Assembly (NCBI GenBank): GCA_034670305.1
Contig: JAXMNT010000017.1
Coordinates: 32,001-96,000, forward strand
Direction: 5' to 3'
DNA: 64,000 nt
From: Deltaproteobacteria bacterium
GTDB taxonomy: Bacteria > Myxococcota_A > Polyangia > Polyangiales > Houyiibacteriaceae
Part shown: in pieces, positions 57,988 to 64,000 of the stretch
Position numbering within the stretch: position 1 is the stretch's first letter
Layout of the letters: each line of letters begins with the position of its first letter
Position numbers and translations under genes: made by a program
The notes under the pieces: model-generated
The model's input: only the letters and a program-made list of their open reading frames with translations
Database searches by the model: none
What the model was told of the DNA's origin: nothing

Positions 57988-59280
57988 ATGCCAGCGACGA
58001 CGCAGCCTGCAGACGACCGCCGAGGCCTGCCGATCCGGAGCCTCGAGGTGGTGGTCGTCGAGGGCCCCGACAAAGGCACCGAGGCGAGCGCGTCCAGCGA
58101 GACCCTGACCGTAGGCACCGCCGAAGGAAACGATCTCAAGCTCAGCGACTCGACGGTGAGCGGGTTTCATCTGGAGCTCGTGCAGGCGGGGGACGTCATC
58201 CGCGTACAGGACCACGGCAGCCTCAACGGGACGATCTTTGCGGGCGCCCGGCTCGGCCACGCGGAGATTCCACCCGGCGCCACGCTCACCCTTGGCAACA
58301 CCAAGATCGAAGTGCGCGACGGGGCCCGGGTCACCGTCGAGATGCACGAACACGACGAGTACGGCGGCATCACGGGCCGCACGCCGGTGATGCGTCGGCT
58401 GATGGTGAAGATTCGACGCGCCGCGCGCAGCGACACCGCCGCGCTGCTCGTCGGCGAATCCGGGACAGGCAAAGAACTCATCGCGCGCGCCCTCCACGAT
58501 CAGGGCAAACGCGCCGGCGCGCCCTTCGTCACGGTCGACTGCGCCGCGCTCGCGCCTTCGCTCGTCGCGAGCGAACTCTTCGGTCACGAGAAGGGCGCAT
58601 TCACAGGCGCCGACCGGCGGCACGCCGGTGCGTTCGAACGCGCCCACGGCGGGACCCTCTTTCTGGACGAGATCGGAGAGCTCCCGCCCGCACTCCAGCC
58701 GGCGCTGCTCGGTGCGCTCGAGCGGCGACGGTTCCGGCGGGTTGGCGGCCGCGAAGAGATCGAGGTCGACGTGCGGGTCGTGTGCGCGACCCACCGCGAC
58801 CTTCGATCGGAAGTGAACGCGGGCCGATTTCGGCTCGACCTCTACTACCGGGTGGCGGTCGTCGTGCTCGCGGTGCCCGCCCTTCGCGAGCGCATGGAAG
58901 ACCTGCCGCTTCTGGTCGAACACTTCGTACGCGAGGCAGGCTGGGACGGACCGGTGGAAGAGGTGGTGCCGCCGGACACGATGGTCGCGCTCGCGGCGCA
59001 TCGGTGGCCCGGCAACGTGCGCGAGCTCCGCAACGTGGTCGAAGCGACGATCGCGATGGGCGAACCGCCCGCGCTGCATCCCGAGCTCGGAAGCACCGAC
59101 GAACGGTTCTTCGAGCTCGGCTACAAAGACGCGCGTGCGGCCATCCTGCACGACTTCGAATCGCGCTACCTGCGGCGCCTTGTCGAGCGGGCGGAGGGCA
59201 ACGTCTCCAAAGCCGCCCGCGACGCGCGGATGGACCGCACGTACCTGATCAAGTTGCTTCAGAAACACGGCCTGCGATGA
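57988..59280 (+). CDS. FHA-domain sigma-54 enhancer-binding protein
   Basis: [41 protein letters not shown], Fis-type HTH. Confidence 0.93.
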   Translation: MPATTQPADDRRGLPIRSLEVVVVEGPDKGTEASASSETLTVGTAEGNDLKLSDSTVSGFHLELVQAGDVIRVQDHGSLNGTIFAGARLGHAEIPPGATLTLGNTKIEVRDGARVTVEMHEHDEYGGITGRTPVMRRLMVKIRRAARSDTAALLVGESGTGKELIARALHDQGKRAGAPFVTVDCAALAPSLVASELFGHEKGAFTGADRRHAGAFERAHGGTLFLDEIGELPPALQPALLGALERRRFRRVGGREEIEVDVRVVCATHRDLRSEVNAGRFRLDLYYRVAVVVLAVPALRERMEDLPLLVEHFVREAGWDGPVEEVVPPDTMVALAAHRWPGNVRELRNVVEATIAMGEPPALHPELGSTDERFFELGYKDARAAILHDFESRYLRRLVERAEGNVSKAARDARMDRTYLIKLLQKHGLR

Positions 59281-59522
59281 GCCGTCGCAAGATCGATTGG
59301 GGCAAGCACCCGGTGGCGTCGGTGGTGGTTTGGATCCTGACCGCGGCGTGTGTGATCGGCCTGCTGTACACCGCGACGCATCTGGACGAGTTGCCCACGC
59401 GACGTCCGGGGGGAGGGCGCGGCAAGAACCACCTTGCCGCGCTGATGTTCGTCTTCTGCCCGGTGGTGCTGGCGGTCACGTGGGGCATCTTCCTGCGCAA
59501 CTTCCGAGGTCCGCCCCGCTGA
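59277..59522 (+). CDS. Small two-TM membrane protein
   Basis: ATGA overlap with the activator stop; two hydrophobic segments in 81 aa. Confidence 0.65.
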   Translation: MSRRKIDWGKHPVASVVVWILTAACVIGLLYTATHLDELPTRRPGGGRGKNHLAALMFVFCPVVLAVTWGIFLRNFRGPPR

Positions 59523-59526
59523 GGAC

Positions 59527-59698
59527 TCCGACGCCGAAGCCGACGCCGAAGCCGACGCCGAAGCCGACGCCGAAGCCGACGCCGACGCCGAATCCGAAGC
59601 CGACTCCGACGCCGAAGCCGACGCCGAAGCCGACGCCGAAGCCGACGCCGAATCCGAAGCCGACTCCGAAGGCGACGCCGACGCCGACTCCGAAGCCG
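59527..59698. repeat. Hexamer tract H: (GCCGAA/GCCGAC/TCCGAA)n
   Basis: Direct reading; convergent junction. Confidence 0.95.
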
Positions 59699-59710
59699 GG
59701 GCCGTGTCCT

Positions 59711-61675
59711 TCACTCCGGGATGAGCTCCTGTCCGGCGGCGCAGGCGATCTCCACCCCGGTCGGGCCGGTGTCGGTGCGGAGGATCTTGACCTCCACGCG
59801 GCGGTTGGCCTCCCACGCGGTCGCGTTGTGGCGCGGGTCGGTTGGGCACCGCTCGCCGTAGCCTGCGCTGCGCAGCCGACCACCCGCGACGCCGCGCTGA
59901 ATGAGTGCTTCGCGGACCGCGGCGGCGCGGTCTCGGGTGAGCTGGATGTTGTACTCGTCGTCGCCACGCTCGTCGGCGTGTCCCTGGATCTCGACCAATT
60001 CCACTTCGGTGTGGCCGGTCATGGCCGCGGTGATCGCGTCGAGCACGGGGTAGCTCCGCTCCTGGATGCGGGCGCTGTCGGTGTCGAAGTAGATCTTCTC
60101 CAGCAAGATGAACCCGCCGGTCTCGTGCCGCAGCAGCCCCACATCCGGGCAGCCGTCTTCGTCCTCGAAGTTGTTGTACTCCTCGGGGTCGAGCGGGCAG
60201 TTGTCGTTCACGTCGAGGATGCGGTCGTTGTCGTTGTCCGGGTCTGGACAGCCGTCGTCGTCCTGGAAGTCGTCGGGGTCCTCGGGGTCGTTCGGGCACA
60301 TGTCGTCGCGGTCGAAGATGCCGTCGCGGTCGTTGTCGTCGTCCGGGCAGCCGTCCTCGTCCTGGAAGCCGTCGCGGTCTTCGGGGTCGTCCGGACACTC
60401 ATCGACTTCGTCGAGCAGCCCGTCGCCGTCGCGGTCGCCGGATTCGCCCTCCGGGCATCCGTCTTCGTCGGCGTCGCCGTCGCGGTCTTCGGGGACGAGT
60501 GGGCACTCGTCGTCGTCGTCGAGAATGCCGTCGCGGTCGTTGTCCGGATCGGGGCACCCATCGGGGTCGGCGAAGTTGTCGAAGTCCTCGGGTTCGTCTG
60601 GGCACTCGTCGACGTCGTCCTTGTAGCCGTCGCCGTCGCGGTCCCCGATCGACGGTTCGAAGACGAACCCGACGGTGCCGCGCCACTGCGCTGCCGAGAG
60701 CCCGTCGGTCAGCCCGAGGCCGCCGCCGATCTGCAGGAACGAAGAGTGCTGCACGAAGATCTTCAGTCCCACCAGCGCTTCCACCGAGAGCGCGCCTTCT
60801 TGTCCGAACGCGGTGACGATCTGCGTGCCGTAGCTCTCGAGCACGACCTCCAGCCCGTCCGTAGCGCGCACGCCGATGCCCGCGCCAAACGTCAGCTCGT
60901 CGTCGTAGGTGAGGTCTTCGCCCACGCCCGGAACGAACATGGCCGAAGTCGCGTTGGTGCCGGTGGGTTCGGTGCGTCCGCCGACGCGCACGGTGCTGCC
61001 TTCGCCGAGCACGGCCCGGTATCCGACGTTGCCCACGAGTCGCACGCGGCGGTGCGGGCGCCACTCGAGCACGATCTCAGGCCAGATGCCCACGCCCGGT
61101 GCGCCCGCGAAGTTGCGCTCCGCCCCGCTCGGCAACTGCAGCCGCACGATGGCCGCGAGCCCGATCGGATCCCGCTCCGGGCGGAGCAGCCGCACCTTGC
61201 CGTGCAGGACGAAGTCCCCGATGCCCTGTTGGCTGAGCCCGCCGACGTCTGGGCCGACGTTGTACTGACCGGGCACCTCCACCGCTGGGCCGCCCACCAC
61301 CGCGATGGGAAGTTGGGCACCGACGACCAGCCGGTTCGCGAGCCCGAGGTCCACGTGCAACGTGCCGGTGATCGAGTGATCGATCAGGTGCGAACGGCGC
61401 GACGCGTTGCCGGCCATCGCTCGGTCGTCGTTCGAGAACCCGTCGAACGGCACGATGCCGAAGCCGCCGTCCAAGACGAGGCCGAAGCTCACGTCGGTGT
61501 GGCCGAGGATGTCGGCGCCGTTGAGGGTGAGCAGGCCCTTCGAGTCCAGTGCCGGCCGGAACAGCCGCAGGTCCATGCCGCCGCCTTGCAGCTGGGCATC
61601 GGCGGAGGTGGGCCAGAAGAGGAGGGTCAGGGCCGCGCAGAGGAGACGAAAGCGTGGTTGCATGCCCTCGTGCAT
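59711..61675 (-). CDS. OmpA-family protein: beta-barrel, thrombospondin type-3 repeats, OmpA_C (TraB-like architecture)
   Basis: Signal peptide; DRDGDG..D.CP..PED.D.F.D.DGCPD repeats; IQGHAD, NRRVE. Confidence 0.93.
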   Translation of the reverse strand: MHEGMQPRFRLLCAALTLLFWPTSADAQLQGGGMDLRLFRPALDSKGLLTLNGADILGHTDVSFGLVLDGGFGIVPFDGFSNDDRAMAGNASRRSHLIDHSITGTLHVDLGLANRLVVGAQLPIAVVGGPAVEVPGQYNVGPDVGGLSQQGIGDFVLHGKVRLLRPERDPIGLAAIVRLQLPSGAERNFAGAPGVGIWPEIVLEWRPHRRVRLVGNVGYRAVLGEGSTVRVGGRTEPTGTNATSAMFVPGVGEDLTYDDELTFGAGIGVRATDGLEVVLESYGTQIVTAFGQEGALSVEALVGLKIFVQHSSFLQIGGGLGLTDGLSAAQWRGTVGFVFEPSIGDRDGDGYKDDVDECPDEPEDFDNFADPDGCPDPDNDRDGILDDDDECPLVPEDRDGDADEDGCPEGESGDRDGDGLLDEVDECPDDPEDRDGFQDEDGCPDDDNDRDGIFDRDDMCPNDPEDPDDFQDDDGCPDPDNDNDRILDVNDNCPLDPEEYNNFEDEDGCPDVGLLRHETGGFILLEKIYFDTDSARIQERSYPVLDAITAAMTGHTEVELVEIQGHADERGDDEYNIQLTRDRAAAVREALIQRGVAGGRLRSAGYGERCPTDPRHNATAWEANRRVEVKILRTDTGPTGVEIACAAGQELIPE

Positions 61676-61773
61676 CGCAACGGACGTGCCGCACAGAAAC
61701 CGGCGCGGCGTCCGCCCGGTCGTCGTGCCCGCACCACCGCCTGTCGTCTACAAGCGACAACACCCAGCGCGCA

Positions 61774-61993
61774 TCGGCTTCGGCGTCGGCGTCGGTTTCG
61801 CCCTCGGCTTCGGCTTCGGCTTCGGCTTCGGGATCGGCTTCAGCTTCAGCTTCAGCTTCGGCTTCGGCTTCGGCTTCGGCTTCGGGATCGGCTTCGGGAT
61901 CGGCTTCAGCTTCGGCTTCGGCTTCGGGATCGGCTTCAGCTTCGGCTTCGGCTTCGGATTCGGCGTCGGCGTCGGCCTCGCTTCGGCGTCGGC
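61774..61993. repeat. Hexamer tract I: (TTCGGC/TTCAGC/ATCGGC)n
   Basis: Direct reading; just downstream of apaG. Confidence 0.95.
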
Positions 61994-62019
61994 CACAAGA
62001 ACGGCCTCATCCTCGACGC

Positions 62020-62415
62020 TCAGTTGAGTGAGTGCGGCATCGCGAGCGCGAACGGCGCGATCTCTGCGTCGAACACTTCGCCGTCGTCGGTATGCATCTG
62101 GTAGCTGCCGCGCATCTCGCCGCGCGGCGTCGTCAGGATGGCGCCGCTGGTGTACTCGAACCCTTCGCCGGGTCGCAGCACCGGCTGTTCACCGACGACC
62201 CCGGGTCCGCGCACCTCTTCGACCTCGCCCAGCTGGTTCCGGATCACCCAGTGCCGCGTGCGGAGCTGGACGGGGGCCTCGTGGGTGAGGTTCTCGATGC
62301 GCACCCGATACGCGAACACGTAGCGGAGCGCCTGCGGGTTGCTCTGCGCTTCCACGTATTGACTCTGCACCACCACGCGGATGCCGTTGGTCGTGGCCGT
62401 TGACTGGATGTCCAT
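62020..62415 (-). CDS. apaG: ApaG protein
   Basis: [36 protein letters not shown]. Confidence 0.97.
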   Translation of the reverse strand: MDIQSTATTNGIRVVVQSQYVEAQSNPQALRYVFAYRVRIENLTHEAPVQLRTRHWVIRNQLGEVEEVRGPGVVGEQPVLRPGEGFEYTSGAILTTPRGEMRGSYQMHTDDGEVFDAEIAPFALAMPHSLN

Positions 62416-62431
62416 CGCGAAAAGGAAGGTG

Positions 62432-62941
62432 CTACGCCGCCGCGTTGGCGGCAGCGTCCCACGCGGACTTCACGGTCTTGAAGGTCTCGATGGCGGACGC
62501 CGCGAGGTTGAGCGCTTGCGCTTCGACCAGTTTTCCGTGGACCGCTTTCGGATCCTTGTCCCAGCCCTTCGGCAGGTCGAGGCGCACGTTGAGCGGAACG
62601 CCCCCGAGCAGTCCTTGCTCTTCGAGGGTCCACACCGCTTCCGCCGCGAGGAACTGTCCGGCGACTTTGCGCACTTCCGGGGTGAGGTGGCTTGCGAGCG
62701 GGAACAGGTCGTAGAGTGCGACCGTGCCCTTCGGAAGTTTCAGCGCTTTGCGCAACGCGGCGAATGCGGGCGCGGCGACGGAGAGTTCGACCAGGTCCAT
62801 GCCGGCGATCTGGTGGGCGCTGGAGGAGACGATCGCGCGCTCCATCGCGTCCCCGTGGCTGCGGGTGGTCGCGGCGGGTCGCGCGCCGGAATCGAGCAAC
62901 GCGGTGACGACGAGGAAGGGGGTAGGGCTGGGCTCTGCCAT
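62432..62941 (-). CDS. Hypothetical protein
   Basis: Coding-like ORF between the macrodomain gene and apaG. Confidence 0.75.
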   Translation of the reverse strand: MAEPSPTPFLVVTALLDSGARPAATTRSHGDAMERAIVSSSAHQIAGMDLVELSVAAPAFAALRKALKLPKGTVALYDLFPLASHLTPEVRKVAGQFLAAEAVWTLEEQGLLGGVPLNVRLDLPKGWDKDPKAVHGKLVEAQALNLAASAIETFKTVKSAWDAAANAAA

Positions 62942-63010
62942 GGCGGCGGAACATAGCCAATTCAGAGCGCGCACGACAGGGGAGAAGAGCCGAAGGCCTC
63001 GGCAGCAACT

Positions 63011-63922
63011 CTAGGGTCGGCCGAAGACGAGCTTCTTTTCGCTGCCGTCTTCGAAACCGCACAGCATCTGCCCGGGCGCGACCACCTGCAGCACCTTGCC
63101 GACCCCGAACTTCGGGTGGACGAAGTACTGTCCGGCTTCGTAGGTCGCCCGCATGCTGTAGCGCTCGGCGCTGCCACGCGCGGCGGCGACTTCGTCCGCG
63201 GTCAGGCGCTCCGCGGCGCGGGTGGTGCCTTTGGAGCTCTTCGACTTCGAACTGGACTTCGCGCTGCTCGACTTCGAACTCGAACCCGCGGTGCGGCGTC
63301 GTTTGGTGGGCGCGGCCTCTCTTGGCGGCGCGATGCGCTCGGCGGACTTCGCCAAGCCGCGCACCGAATACTGCGCTTTGCGAAAGTGACTCAGCAGCGC
63401 TTCGCAGACGAGCACCTCTTCCACGACCGGCGCACGCCCTGAGGCGAAACACTCTTCGTGGTACTCGTGCGCGGCCTTCACGATGAGCACGAGTCGTTCG
63501 GCGCGGTCGAGTTCGTTCGGACCCCCACCGAGCGCGGGGAACGCGACGCGCTCCACGTTGCGTTCGGCGGCGAAGCGCAGCACCTGCAGCACGCCCTCGC
63601 GAATGATCGCCGCGGTGGGGGCGTCCGATCGCGCGGTGCCGGGTTCGGGTTCGCGGCTCGCGATCCACGCGAGGAAGTTGCAGTGCAGGCGGCCGGGATG
63701 CACGCGGATCACCGACGGGATCTCGAGCTTGCGGCCCTCGACTTGGCGCAGTTCGTTGTCGAGCGCGCGCTGCAGCGTGTCGCCGTAGTGCTCGCGCAGT
63801 TCGCTGTCCGGTCCGGGCCCCGGCCACATCTGCATGTCGGCGGTGCCGTCGTAGGCGATGCATCCGACGCGCTGTTTGGACGGGAGGGAGAAGACCGAGA
63901 GATTGATCAGCGTGACTTCCAC
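63011..63922 (-). CDS. Divergent macrodomain fused to a C-terminal Tudor/SH3-like domain
   Basis: PGRL.C..L, VERVAFPALGGG macro motifs; basic Ser/Lys linker; YEAGQYFVHPKFGVGKV...F..G..K.L. Confidence 0.75.
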   Translation of the reverse strand: MEVTLINLSVFSLPSKQRVGCIAYDGTADMQMWPGPGPDSELREHYGDTLQRALDNELRQVEGRKLEIPSVIRVHPGRLHCNFLAWIASREPEPGTARSDAPTAAIIREGVLQVLRFAAERNVERVAFPALGGGPNELDRAERLVLIVKAAHEYHEECFASGRAPVVEEVLVCEALLSHFRKAQYSVRGLAKSAERIAPPREAAPTKRRRTAGSSSKSSSAKSSSKSKSSKGTTRAAERLTADEVAAARGSAERYSMRATYEAGQYFVHPKFGVGKVLQVVAPGQMLCGFEDGSEKKLVFGRP

Positions 63923-64000
63923 TAGGTCAGGCGCTTAGCACGCGAACCGCACGCGTCTCGTGCCGATCTCGGAAATCAGAACAAGCTGTCGATGGGGCCG

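Noticed and set aside
56224-59268. 1014-aa cyclase, 959-aa kinase, 904-aa LysM and 1056-aa channel 'fusions' in the ORF track
   Set aside because: The N-terminal extensions overlap neighbouring real genes; true starts are downstream at RBS or stop-start overlaps
1-64000. Prophage, IS, integron or anti-phage defence island
   Set aside because: No integrase, transposase, phage structural, nuclease or reverse transcriptase motifs recognised; composition looks uniform by eye

Overview
A very GC-rich 64-kb chromosomal segment. The gene content (Hanks-type Ser/Thr kinases, FHA/sigma-54 activator, AgmX/PglI-like C-terminal domains, thrombospondin-OmpA, pilR-pilA, many Cys-rich lipoproteins) points to Myxococcota, probably Polyangia; this is inferred, not verified. 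About 55 CDSs are supportable. Housekeeping genes: RluA-type synthase, prkA, pdxJ, nnr, moeB/moeZ, lspA, lgt, enoyl-CoA hydratase, apaG. A type IV pilin locus has pilR, three pilins, a sigma-54 promoter with tandem upstream sites, a TMTC-like GT-C glycosyltransferase and a PilG-like gene. A six-gene overlapping operon ends in a GbsR-type regulator and a voltage-sensor/CASTOR-POLLUX-like channel. An adenylate cyclase-kinase-LysM/FecR operon lies divergent to an FHA sigma-54 activator. No rRNA, tRNA, CRISPR array or transposase was recognised. The most striking non-coding signal is nine degenerate hexamer tracts (core CCGA/TCGG), mostly at gene 3' ends. Three have (GGGCAN)n G-quadruplex-type arms, and one is bracketed by 30-bp inverted repeats. 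Other leads: a TPR protein with a TFIIB/TFB-cyclin-like tail, a divergent macrodomain-Tudor fusion upstream of apaG, and a multi-hairpin element near 4.1 kb. All calls come from motif reading by eye; no database searches were run.
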